This document shows positions 12,631-25,420 of a stretch of DNA of 64,000 nt, one piece after another. Numbering within the stretch: position 1 is the stretch's first letter; each line of letters begins with the position of its first letter. The notes below the pieces were generated by a model. That model worked only from the letters and a program-made list of their open reading frames with translations, was not told the origin of the DNA and ran no database searches. The stretch comes from Octopus vulgaris (Eukaryota), in contig OX597819.1 of NCBI GenBank assembly GCA_951406725.2, forward strand, positions 38,502,001-38,566,000, read 5' to 3'. Position numbers and translations under genes: made by a program.

Positions 12631-13779
12631 ACACACACACACTTATGTGAAATATCAGATTTTTTGTTTTTCTATTTTAAGTTCAGTATAAGATAAATTA
12701 TAAATGTACCTTTCACATATAGCGAGAGACATTGGACATCAGTGTTTTGTCAAATATAAAGTGAAACCATTAAATATATAATTCATTAACCACTTTAATT
12801 TGTAGAGATTGATTTAGTGTAAAATCATTAGTATGTTAATTTCTTTTTTCTTTTGTGATTGTGAACTTGATCAAATAGTTTTTAATTAACTTGTACATGG
12901 TGTGTATCTCACACAAGCCTTCCACAAATGCATATGTAGTAAGCTTCAGTGCTTTCGTAGTTCTTGATGGTAGTGATTTTGTGAAATATAGCAAAGGTTC
13001 TCATACGGATATAATGACCTTCCATAATAACTCAAATGTCACACATCTTTGCTCTTCAATAAATAACTTCTTTCATTTTCTCCTTTTCCTCTTCTCTTTC
13101 TGTCCTATTTCTTGCTTTAGTCTATTTAGTCTAGATTTTCTTTTTTCATACTTTTACTTCCTCATCTCTCTTTTTATTTTTCTCACCCTTTAGAACTTAA
13201 CCTTCATACAGTTGGCTCTCTCAATCTTTCTATTCTTTATAAAATTTGTAAATGACTTAACCTTGTCATGGGGATATGTAAGCCCTGAATTGTCAAGGAC
13301 ACTTGAAAGAAAAAGTTTGTTTTTAAGAAGGGTCTATCATTAAATGTTAGAAACCACCTATTATCATAGCACATGAACTTTGTTTTCTTGTAAGTCTTAA
13401 CTGGGACCACGGCTGTTATTTGTTTTATGATGATATTTCCATAATGCACTTTAGTTTATTGGAAACTTAATTATAGTTTTTGAGATTCAGGTGCATTGCA
13501 GATTATGATACCATATAATTTGATGTACACTGTTGCTGCAGAATCCTCTTTGTATCTGAGACTGAGTTTCTTCACTTACACTGCTAATCATAATAGGTGG
13601 GGGAATATATGTATATATTAGTTTTCTTTTTGTTACCCTATAAATTCATGGTTTCAAGTGAGGTGAGCATCATAGTTTTATAAGGACCTAAGCTCTAAAC
13701 TAGGTAACTTTATTATCTGTTTAATCTAGTTGATTGCATCTCATTCAAAGATTGGCTTTGTCTTTGATCTATTTCTGGC

Positions 13780-15300
13780 AGGTTGGCACATCATTAGAGG
13801 TTTGGTAAAAATGCTCTATGGCATTCACTCTGGCTTTTTACATTCTGAGTTCAAATCCCACTGTGGTCAACTTTTCCATTTATCCCTCCAGATTTGATAA
13901 AAATAAAGCACCACTGGGGCTGATGGTATCAACTACTCCCCCCATTTCAAAATTGCTGGCCTTTGTGCTTAAATTAGAAAAAAATTATTATTTTAAATCA
14001 TTAGATTGGCAGAATTGTTAGAGCATTGGAAAAAAATGCTTAGCAGCATTTCTTGTGTTTTTTTTTATGTTCTGAGTTCAAATCATGCTTTCTTTCTTTC
14101 AGGGTCGATAAAAAATGTATCAGTCAAGTGGGTTGATGAAATCGATTAACCCTCTCCTGCTAAAATTACTGCCTTTGTTACCAGAGCTGTTGAGCTGGCA
14201 GAAAAATGCTCAGCAGCATTTTGTCCATCTTTATGATTTGAGTTCAAATTCCATTGAGGTCGACTTTACCTTCCATCCTTTTGCAGTTGATAAATTAACA
14301 GTTGAGTATTGAGGTCAATGTAGTCAATGTAACCCTCACCCAAAATTTCAGGCCTTGTACCTGTAGTAGAAAGGATTATTATTATTATTTTTCTACTAAA
14401 AGCATAAGACCTAAAATTTTGAGGGAGGGAACAAGTAGATTATATTTACTCAGTGCTCAACTGGTGCTTAGTTCCTTTATCTCAAAAGGATGAAAGGTGA
14501 AGCCAAACTTAGAATTTGAACTCAGAATTCTGCCAATGTCTACTTCACCTTTCATCCTTTTAGGGTCGATAAAATAAGTATCTGTTATGCACAGGGGTCT
14601 ATGTAATCAGCTATCTCTCTCTCTCACAAAATTTCAGGCATTATGCCTGTAGTAGAAAGGATTATTATTATTATTGGTGAATTGGCAGTATTGTTTGTGT
14701 TGGAGAATGTTCCTTGTGGTATTTGTTCTCACTCACTATGGTCTAAGTTCAAATCCTGCTGAGTCACCCTTGCAGTTCATCCTTTCAAGATTGATTAAAA
14801 AAAGTATCAATCCAGGTTAGTTGATTGGTGGAACAGTAAGAATGTTGGATTGGGTGTGTTGCATCATTTGCCCTGGCTCTTTACGTTCTGAGTTCAAATC
14901 CTTCTCCTTCGCCTAAAAGTGTTATGAATGGGCAAAATCAATCAAAGTGCCTTTCAAATTTCAGTTACAATTCTTTATGTTCTGAGATCAAATCCTACCA
15001 GGGTCAACTTTCTTTCTTCTCTCTAGAGTTAAGTACTGATGAAGTACTGGGGTTGAGGGTATCAGCTAACTCCCACTTTTTAAAACTTACTGGTCTTGTG
15101 CCTAAATCAGAAACAATTATTATTATTGAGTGGTGAGCTTCTACCAGCTCTTTATGTTCTGAGTTCAAATTCTGCCAGTCAACTTTGCTTTCATCCTTCC
15201 ATGGTCAATAAAATAAGTACCACAGGTATAAATGTAATTGACTTGGCCACTCCTGCTAAAGTTTTAGGCCTTGTGCCTATAGTAGAATTAATATTTTAGT
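13780..15300 (+). mobile_element. Cluster of roughly eight partial tRNA-derived SINE copies (Nin-domain-like), mostly + with one inverted
   Basis: Recurrent ttctgagttcaaat (B-box) ... tttcatcctt..gggtcgataaaataagta ... ggccttgtgcct..agtagaa; inverted copy at about 14390-14530. Confidence 0.8.
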
Positions 15301-16319
15301 GATTGTAATTGCTACCATAGTGAGGTTGGGGAGTGCTGAATAAGTTAGGTTTTGATCTAGATTTGGTCCAGTTATTTTGTGTAATTGTGACAGAAATATT
15401 GACATTATAATCACACTTTTTCTTCGCTTCAATAACTGTAAAAAATTTATTATTAAGAGATCAGTATGAACCTGTTCAGTAACTAAAGTTTTCAGAAACA
15501 GTGTGGCTCAGGTTTTTTTTTCTTTAGTAAAAATGACTGGAATAACTTGATGCATTTGTGTATTGACCTTTGGTTGAACTGGAAACAAACAAAACGATGT
15601 TTTCACTTATCTGTTAAGTGATATTGCTGGTTAATTGAAGCTGATCCTGATGTTTGCGCAGGAAGTAAGTCCTTTAATGGAACAATCGCATGCATTGACA
15701 GAAAGCTTATAGCAAAGACTATGTGAGTGATATTGAAAGCGAGAAGCCAGTTTCTGTTTGCTGTGAGTCTGCAACACCAGCCAAGCTACTGTGAAGTATT
15801 TATCAGTAGCTTTAAAGACAGTGTTACTGACAATGCCATTATTCACAATACAGCTTATTGATCATGAAATAGATCATTGGTTGGTTTTGAAGATTTCAGC
15901 TCTGTTTCTGTTTAGAAATTAATGAAGTTACAATGCATATTAATTTACCTGTTCACGAACATGTCTGTATGTGTTTGCACTGATTTGTTTTATTAGGTGC
16001 ACATGCATGCACTCACTCCCACATGTACACACACAATTTTTCATTAGTTCTTTATATACATTGTGATCCTGTAGTGTGCTGAATCTGTAACCTAAGTTTA
16101 ATTTTGCTTGTTCACTGTATCATGCTGTCTTGTTTCTCCATTACACATAAACCTGGGGTCAATAGATTCTATTAACCTGGCTTATGAAGATAAAATCCTT
16201 AAGGGCCAGGGAATCCCATGTTATATTAACTGTTTTGGCACACTTTCGTTCATTTTATTTATTAAATAACAGGGATAAACTTGAATCATTGAGAAACATT
16301 AACCAATAAGACATACCAG

Positions 16320-16662
16320 TTTTTACTCTTTTACTTGTTTCAGTCATTTGACTGTGATCATGCTGGAGCACTGCCTTTAGTCAAACAAATCGCCCCCAGG
16401 ACATTCTTCATAAGCCTAGTACTTATTTTGTCAGTCTCTTTTGCCAAACCACTAAGTTACAGGGACATAAACACTCCAGCATCGGTTGGCGTGTGATGCT
16501 GGGGATCACCCCCCACATAATATATATATATATATATAATTTTCATCAACCAAATCCACTCAAGGCTTTGGTCAGCCCGAGGCAATAGTAGAAGACACTT
16601 GCCCAAGGTGCTACACAATGGGACTGAACCCAGAACCATGTGGTTGGGAAGCAAGCTTCTTA
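16320..16662 (-). mobile_element. tRNA-derived SINE, second family, near full length
   Basis: Reverse complement of ...caaccacatggttctgggttcagtccca...ccttgggcaagtgtcttctacta...ccaaagccttg...tgactgaaacaagtaaaagagtaaaa; related copies at 28170-28610, 44198-44350 and 54090. Confidence 0.85.
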
Positions 16663-18379
16663 AATTAGTTCTATGTGGAAATTGAAACAATTCAGTAATA
16701 ATTTATCACCGCAGGTCACTAATAATAATTCTCTACAAATGGTAATATATTTTCATACTGTATAAATATCCATCACTCAGTGAGTTAGCTGAGTAAATAG
16801 TGAGGCACAAAGCACTTTTAAGTCTACTTAAAATAAACTACAGTTTCTCATTTCTAGATTTTTATATTTGATAACCATTAGACAGTGGACTGCCAGAGTT
16901 GGTAGAGCATCAGGCAAAATACTTGTAACTTACTTCTGTTTGTTCTGAGTTCAAATTTTGTAGTGGTTAACTTTGCCTTTACTTTTGAGGCCAATGAAAT
17001 AAGTACCAACTTGAGCTGATATAATCACTTGAAACCTTTTGATAGATTTTGCCCAGCAGGGCTGCAAGCCAATGATTGAAACCATTAAAAGGTTAAAATG
17101 AAACTTTCCTGTGACATAATGGTAGTTAGTAGCAAATATATCTACACTTAATGATATTGGGGATGCTTAAAACAATATTGAATATAAATGGAATTGTTTC
17201 CTTAGTCTGAGTACCTTACCCTTCTTACAACAGAAATACTTAGTTAACATAAGCTACCACTCAACTGTTGAGTTGTAGGTAGTTGTAAATTTGTCCAGCT
17301 GATAAACCATTTGCTCTCTAATGATTTATAGGGAGAGATTTCAGTTTGATGCATGACACACTGAAAACCTTGTAGTTTATGTATTCAAGGAGAACTATTT
17401 TGTTAGGTTTGAATCACAGGGTTTGTATTATTCAGGTGAGAGCTCCAATAACTAAGAGCATTGGAGAGAAGCTAGTTGCTATGTCTCTTGATTGAAAATA
17501 CTATTTTGTTCAACATAATTTGTGAGTTTTGAGCATGAAGAAAAAAAAATAACTGCTGGAACAATTATCTGAAAACATGCCAATTTTTGACTGGCTGTTA
17601 CTTGCAAATATTAAAAAGATATTTTATTTGATTAACTGATGGAAAACGTCAAGAATGAAACAGAAGAATTGTAAAAGATATGAATGAATTGGAATAAAGT
17701 TTTCATTGAAAATTTTTGTAAGTTATTGGAATCAGATAAAGTTAAATCGGTTTCAAAATATTTAGTTGGACAAACCCTTAAATAGTCATAGGATTTGGTT
17801 GTTTTTGTACCACTTGTTATTTTATTTTTGTATTTTTGGAGCTAATCAAGGATTTTACAAAGAAACGGGCAAGAGCAAACAAATATTAACAATTCTCCTA
17901 AAACAGAAATAATTTTTATAGCAACTTTCGATATAATTTAGACACAGATCTAAAGGGTTATCTTTTTATAGAACACAGTGTTGTTCAGAATATCTGAAAC
18001 ATAATGTAGAAAAGAATTCCAGTTATTTATTTGAAAGCTTTAGTTGTGAAGACATCCTATTCTCTTAAAAAATGGTTGGGAATCTTCCTGTAAATTTGTC
18101 TTAGGATAATTGTCCCTCATCAGAAATGTACTGTTATTCTTTGACTACCCAAAGTACTTTGAAGTGTTATATATAGTGGTAACTTACCAGCCATCCTGAT
18201 TTGCATATAATACATTAGTTGGTCATGTGGTCATTTTAAATAAGAAACAGCATCATTTTAAATACAACAGGTGCACTGTAGATCACAGCCTCCTTCTCCT
18301 TTTCTCATAATCCCTAAAGTGTTTTACTCCCTGAATCTTGCAACAAGCACTTCATAAAACTTTTTCCAGAAATCCTTTC

Positions 18380-18790
18380 ATCATCATTTAACATCTGTCT
18401 TCTATGCTGGTATGTGTTGGACAGTCTGACAGGAGCCGGCCAGTTAGAAGACTACCCCAGGCTACTGTGTCTGTTTTGGCATGGTTTTTATGGCTGGATG
18501 CCCTTCCTAACACCAACCACCCCACAGAGTGGACTGAGTGCTTCTTACATAACACCAGCACAGTTGAGGTCAAGTTTGGCATACCCTTCCAAATGCCAAC
18601 CACTTTACAGTGTGAACTGGATGCTTTTTATGTGACATCAGTACTGGCAGGGTACCCAAGTAACTTGCAAGATGGAATTTTGAGAGAGGGGGGGGCATTG
18701 GAAGAGGATGTCAGATGATGAAAAGTTAGTGAGACAGAGAGGCAGAAACAGGTGTCTTGCTATAGGGGACGTACATGGTTACCCAGCCAG
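18380..18790 (-). mobile_element. RTE-family 3' tail/UTR copy
   Basis: catcatcatttaacatc...ggctggatgcccttcctaacaccaaccac is the reverse complement of the shared tail. Confidence 0.75.
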
Positions 18791-20939
18791 TACAGAAATT
18801 CATATTGAACACTAATTCCCCAATCTGGAAAAAACTTGCAAAGTTCATAGATACTTAACTTCATTGCGTCATTTCTTCTCCAAGCTACAATGGTTTCAGC
18901 ACAGCTGTTTTAGTTAATAAAACAGTAAGTTATACTGTGCTTCTGTTGATTAATGTTATGAGATGTAGTAATAGATAGTAGCAGTTGTATTCGGGCAAAC
19001 CTCTAAAACTAGCATAAAGAAAATGATGATAAAGGTTGGTTCTTTTCACTAGGTATAATTTTAATTAATTAAACATTCCTGATTCACTTCATTAAATAGG
19101 CTACCAAACATTTTTATTGTTTTTCATGTAGCAGGTATCTATGTATATTCTGTCCAAAAATTATTCAAATTATAACATTACTTAGTGTTCATTCACAAAA
19201 ATTCTATATATCTCAGTAGTCATTCGGTACAAATGATCGCACTGTCCAACTGATAAAGTCTAATAAGACTGAATTGATTTATCATCCATGTTGCTAATCA
19301 ATCATCACTTACTCTTCACTGTACTCAATTTTTGATTAATTTAAATTCAAGAGTTGTCTTCCCTGCCATTCATGACCAGAATTAATCAAGTAGTTTGAGT
19401 GGTTCTTCTCACTGTGGGTATAATTTGAAATTCCTTCACTTCTAATATAATGTTAATGTCCACTTTGCTAAATAAAATTTTACTCCAGTGGATTCCTGGA
19501 TGGAATTCATTTATGATTTTATAGTTAGACCTATTGTGTATCATGCTGAACACTAGGCCATATCAGATGTTCTATTTTGGAGACTTTTGCACTGTAATGG
19601 GGGACAAAGACCATAGAACTGCATTGATGCTGTTGGCAGACACACACAGCATGTAATCAAATGCTAACCACAGATAATAGAGAATAGCATTTTCTGGCAC
19701 AGCCTTCTGGAATGCATCTCAAATGCAATGCTTGAAGATGATTAAATTGGTACAATATTGAGTTCTGTCTTTCTAAAATTGACAGCCCAAACTTCAAATT
19801 CCATTAAACTAATGATGCATTTTAAGTTAACTCTCCACAAAGTTGATGTCATTTTAAAGAAAATCATGTGAAATTGTACTGAATTTTGCTGTTTGATTTT
19901 AATTCTCTCAAATTCTCATGTCAAAGCTAATCCATTTCCAGTTCATATCATATTTAATACTATATATGATCTGGATAGTTCTGCAAATTTGGCAAAGATG
20001 GATTCATTAAATCTTATTAATCAATATTTTATATAGCTTTAATATATGGAAGGTTGTACATATACTTGTGTAATCTAATTACATGACAATTTTAGTTTCA
20101 TTAATTTCATTTTCTAAATGTAATTTATCTAAGTGACTCAATCAGAATCATCAATATATATCTTTTTTTTTTTATTTAGCTATTATTTCTTGCTAATTAA
20201 TTTCCGGTATTCTTTTTTATGTTGCAGTATTTTCTTATCTCCCTTCACACTATTACTTTGATACTTTATTATTTCATATATCTTCTAACATTTTCCCTCC
20301 TCTTTCTGCGAAGAAAATCAATAGGACTATTCCAATGTCTTTAAATGTAGCAGTAGCATTAGTAATATATAAAGCAGTAGGATTGATTTCTTCCACCTGT
20401 TAACTGTTTGTAGCTTAATTTTTGGACTTATTTGCTTGTTCATTTTAAAAATATTTTGCCTGCAGACAAGAAAATGAAGTCAATGGTTTTAGAGATTGAT
20501 AATAATTGTGCTCATTGCTATTTTTATGCTCTTCCACATTTCTTTCCGTTTGTTGGCTACTGTAAACATTCCTTAGACCTAAATGAAAGCCTACGGGGGC
20601 TGATTGATGTGATTACTCAACATGCTAGAATATTTAACTCACCATTTTATTTTTTTAATGATATATTGGGCTGCGTAGATGAGATAGTTACAGTTGGAAC
20701 ATATTTGGTGATTGGCCTGACACCTGAACTGACCTGGGGTTAAACAACAATAGCAACAACTACATGATAATATAGGCCAGAATAGAACTAGTTGATTTAC
20801 TGCATCCAATTTATCTCCTGGGAGATTGAATTTTCTTCAAGTTTAAATATAAATTGAAATTTATTTTTAAGAACTGTATGGTGGTGAGAGCTATTTATGT
20901 TGGGTAACTTTACATTAAGGAGTGGAATGTATAAGTTCC

Positions 20940-21160
20940 TGTAATTCAGACCTCCTCATGGTCCCAGCAAACAAAATGGAAAAGGCTTTTCCCTGGAGGA
21001 TAGGCAAGGGAGATGTGCTGAAACAGCCTCTTTGACTCATGGGGCTTGCACTTGTGGATAGCCATCTCCGCCCTAATAGCAGTGAGCAGGGATTGGTCTG
21101 AGGGCTAAGAACATTGGCGGCCTCCTCTGCTACTGGCTCCAAATCACTCTGCATATCAAC
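20940..21160 (-). mobile_element. Fossil C-terminus of a restriction-like-endonuclease (CRE-like) non-LTR retrotransposon
   Basis: With two frameshifts the minus strand reads LEPVAEEAANVLSPQT / LLTAIRAEMAIHKCKPHESKRLFQHISLA / ILQGKAFSIL, matching the F.P.A.E..G..GP...LFQRIS.AI.RGNA..I end of such ORFs. Confidence 0.55.
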
Positions 21161-23478
21161 CATTAAAAGAAAAATTACAAATAAAAGTCGATTCAATTGA
21201 CTATATCACCCCTCAACAAAAACCAACTGACTTTCATACTAGTCAAGGGAAATCAATAGTAAGATAATATATTACAGAAGAAATGGTATTGAAATAAAAT
21301 GGAAAGTATAATAAATGTTTGAAGACCAAAAACCTTATTAAATCCTTGTCCTTTCAATGACCTTCAAACAGTTTAAAGCTGTTATTTTACAGAATTAGTT
21401 TCAAAGCATCTTTACTATATTTAGTTTCAATTGATCAGATCTATTCAACAGAATAAATTACTGTATGCTGATGCTTTTCTCTTTTTCCTAAAAAACTAAA
21501 ATTGATTTCTAGTACAAAGTCAGAAATTTTAGGTTTGGTGTATTGTTGGTTAAATCAATCCTGAGTACTTGATTGGTACTTTATTTGTCAACTCTGGAAG
21601 GATGAAATGCAAAGTTGACTTTGCCTGCATGAAAAGTGGATGTAAAATGATGTCTACTTATAAATAAAAATCTACAAATCAATGAAGGAGACTCTTTGGT
21701 CTCTTGACCACCTGGAAATAGCAGCCAAATTGCCTTCAAAATCCCACTCCCTCTATTTTGTACACTAGGCACTCAGCTTAACAGTTGTAATCGTTGATTG
21801 ACTTGTTTCTCTGTGACATGTCCTGTAAACTGCTTAGATGTCAAAATTACACTGTAAACTTACTTTGCTTTCATTTAGTGTATGTTTAGTTAGTTTACTA
21901 GAGTCCTTCTTTCTCCAAGCTTGAGTGGTAAAATTATCACCTAATTTAACATTATAATCTGGTCCTTGGGTTTTAAGCATTTGGGCCAGGCCTCTAGTTT
22001 GAGGATACCTTCTGCCCTATCCTTCTCCAGTCTCAGACGCCCTGAAAGCTTCATAGATACTGCTCTCCCTCCTGCTTAAGCCCTTTACAGTTGTACCTAT
22101 AGGAGAAATTTGAACTCGTTGACATAAGATATTATGATTATACAATGTTTATACTACTTATAGCATTGGTCTATACATCCCTGTATTACTTTTTTGCTGT
22201 TGAGGGAAAAACTATTTTGATACTTGATCTTTTTTATTGTGTTGAAAAAGGGAAGTTGAAGGAAATTGTATTCCTTGCTGCTCTTAAAAAGGCAAGATTA
22301 TCTTGATTGCAACAGGTTTCATCATTGCTCTGCTCAATCAAGGTTGACTTGGGGCTAAACAGCAATAACAGATTTGCAGTTATGTCAAGTGTACAGAGAG
22401 CTTAATTTCTTCAGCTGGGGTACAACACAGTACCAGTAATAAGATGTGAGCTGCCATTCTTTTTGCTGTTACCTTATTGGTTCAGCCATCAGTGATAAAT
22501 ATCTACATAACAGCCTTTCTATGTTTGAACTACAAGTTTCAGTATTTACTTCAAGGCACATTATATTTAGTAACTCTTGCTAGATAATTGAGGTTTAGTT
22601 AAAGAGCTATTATATAGTTGCATCACACCTTAGTTTAACAATACATGCCTAGAACATTCTTTACAATTATGCTGAGGTCATAGCCAGAAATGATAATACA
22701 GGGATTTGTTTGATAAGTTAACCCTGTGTTATAGATTTAGTCATGTAGAGCCTGATCAGTTCTTTCCAAAATAATGTACTTAATCCAGCAATTTATGCAT
22801 TAGAATTTCAAGCATGCAGAACTAATGTTAGCAAACAGGACACCTGCTGATGTTGGGGTGAGGTAAAATACTGTTGGCTACAGGAGAAACTTCACTGTAA
22901 CTGCAGCCCAAATCTGTTTCTTCTCTCATTGTTCAAAATAAGGTTTAAAATAAGTATGTGGAATTGGGTAGAAATGGTTTTTATCTAGCATGTTGTTGCT
23001 TAACCTCAGGTTAGCATGTTTCTCATGTGATAGTTGTAAGGAAATTCCAGCATCATGCATGTGGTGTCCTTTGTGCCCAAAAATCTTACCTTGGAAACAT
23101 GATGGTTGACGACACAAAGGAAATCTGCTTCAACAAAATTCCATCCGATCCATGCAAGGATAGCAGAATGAATGAAAAAATGATGAGGATTTTCTCCTGT
23201 AGGATAGTGTTGTAATGTATGTGGAGATAAACAAGAGTGGTGTTCTGTTGTTTTTTCTAGCTAGACATAAAATTTCTTAGTGGGAGAAAAATAGAAGCTT
23301 ATAAGTTTGAGGAAGAGGAGAATAAATGTGGTGCAAATGGAAACCAGATTATGAATTAGAACACAAACTAGAAAAATCAGACAAATTTTAAGTTAATTTT
23401 TTTTTCTTACGGAAATAATGATTGAATCCATATCTGTAAAATTTTTTTTCTTTATTTTCCCTCTTTTGCATCCTGAAG

Positions 23479-23689
23479 GAGGCATCACAGGTGGCATTGA
23501 AATCTGTATTACATTCCCGACAGAATATGTAAAAACTCAGCTACAGCTGGATGAGAAATCTGGTCAAGCTAAACGATATAAAGGTCCAATAGATTGCGTG
23601 AAAGTTACAGTGTCAGAACATGGTGTTCGGGGCTTGTATCGAGGACTTAGTGTATTACTCTATGGTTCCATCCCCAAATCTGCTGTCAG
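23479..23689 (+). CDS. SLC25A1: Mitochondrial citrate (tricarboxylate) carrier, first identified coding exon (not the N-terminal exon)
   Basis: Polypyrimidine tract + aag acceptor, phase 1 start, [27 protein letters not shown]...[20 protein letters not shown], donor ag|gtaagt (phase 2). Carrier motif PTEYVK. Confidence 0.96.
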
Positions 23690-25199
23690 GTAAGTAACTA
23701 TTTATGTGTACTATTGCTAACAAAAAGACTTATGTTGTTTATTTTGCATAAAATTTTTTATCTGTTACTGATGTTTTATATCATAGTAGTGAACTTTGTA
23801 CAGTAGGTAAAGTTAATTTGTTATCTGTCAATGAGCTTCCCAAATCATGTCTACTTATTTTACAATAATTGTCTAAAACTTGTTTTAGTAGCTAAGTAAA
23901 AAAACTGATATAGACAATAATTGTGAAAAGTATATCTAAAATGAATAGCATAGTCAATACTAATGTTTAATGTGGCAAGATTGATAATTATAATTAAACT
24001 ATTCTGTTCTTGTATCAAGTTGAGGTAAACATATAATTGAGTTTCAGATGATTGCTTGCAATTTAACAGCTGGTGCTTTAACAAACTGTTGCTCTTTCTA
24101 ACTAATACCTATTATGCAACAAACCAGAATCCCTTTTTTTAAAGTTCAAAATTGTTAGACCTGTTAACACTGCCCTTTCATTTAATATACATTAAATATT
24201 CTATTATGTTTGGAAGACATGTGCAAGTTCATTAATGTCCAGTCCACTTTAACATTATGTTAGAATTGGTTTAGTCTGTCTGTGGTCTTTGATGTGATTG
24301 CCACTGTCACAGTTTAAGCCCATGATGAGAATTTCCTCTCTAGTTCTTATATCAAGATCAAGCTGACTTGTGATCAAATGCATTCCTGCTGTGACTATCT
24401 CATCTTTTTGCCTGCCATATGCAAGGAACTTAGGACCACCCACATTATCCAAAATAAAAAGGCAGCATGTCATTTGAGGAAATTTTGGCTACTGTTTCTT
24501 GTAAATTGATAAAATAGAGGCTTCCTTGTTGGCTCTATCATGTTCCAGACCCATAGGGGAGAATTGCATCTAAGTGGGGACTGCTTTTGTCATGGTCTGT
24601 GCTTATCATGTGAATTTCTTCATTACTATCCAAGCCTATGGTGTGAATGTTTTTATTGCAGGACTTGATCAAGTAGATCAGTGATTATATAGTGAACTAC
24701 GTTTAGTCATAGTATCTTGGTGGACTAAGCAAGCAAATTTAGTGTCTTAGTTTAGACAATGAATTTCATGAGTTTAGTTAAGTTTGTCTTGAAGAGAAGA
24801 GGAATTCGATGATTCAGGACTGTGTCTTTGAGAGGAAAAGAAAACTTTTTTCAGCTAGGTCAGAATAAATAGCAAATATTTCTACGTATACTGAAATGTC
24901 AAATTAGATTTGTTCTAAATCATAGTTTATTGGTGGTAAAACAAGTATCTAAATGATATGTTTGTTGTGAAGCAGCTGGTCTTGCATATAATTTTGTTTT
25001 GTTTTTTTGTTACAAATGTTTTCTGACAATAAACTGATTTCAACCTTCAGTTACTATTGATTTGGGCTCATTAATTCTCTTGAATTATTTATTCAGTATC
25101 AGAAGATTGTTGCAGTTGAGTAGCTCGATTTAGTTTGCTTGAGCAGATGTATGGCATAAATAAATGGATCTCCTATCAGTTTTGAGATATTAATATTGC

Positions 25200-25420
25200 C
25201 TTCTCATCAAATTACCAGTGGTTGAGTATTCTGGACATTTGTATCCTTAATTATTCCTCAGGCATAACCACAGTTTCTGTGTATAACAAAGCTGACCATT
25301 TTGATTGCTGGTACTATCTATCCAATAGGTTTCCAGTCCATCCACACAGTGCCTGTCTACTTGATATCACTCATAAGCCTTCAAGTAACTCAAGGCTTGA
25401 GCAAAAGACACTTGATCAAG
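25200..25420 (+). mobile_element. Very decayed fragment resembling the RT C-terminal region of a Penelope-like element
   Basis: ILDICI....GITTVSVYNKADHF resembles FLDL.I....G..T..YDK.DDF; short and degraded. Confidence 0.35.

Noticed and set aside
15641-15670. Micro-exon candidate ag|ctgatcctgATGTTTGCGCAGGAA|gtaagt
   Set aside because: Good donor but no polypyrimidine tract, and the ATG frame ends in phase 0, incompatible with the phase 1 start at 23479.
23418-23478. In-frame ATG giving [20 protein letters not shown] as the SLC25A1 N-terminus
   Set aside because: This is the polypyrimidine tract of the acceptor site and lacks the conserved K.I.AG residues.
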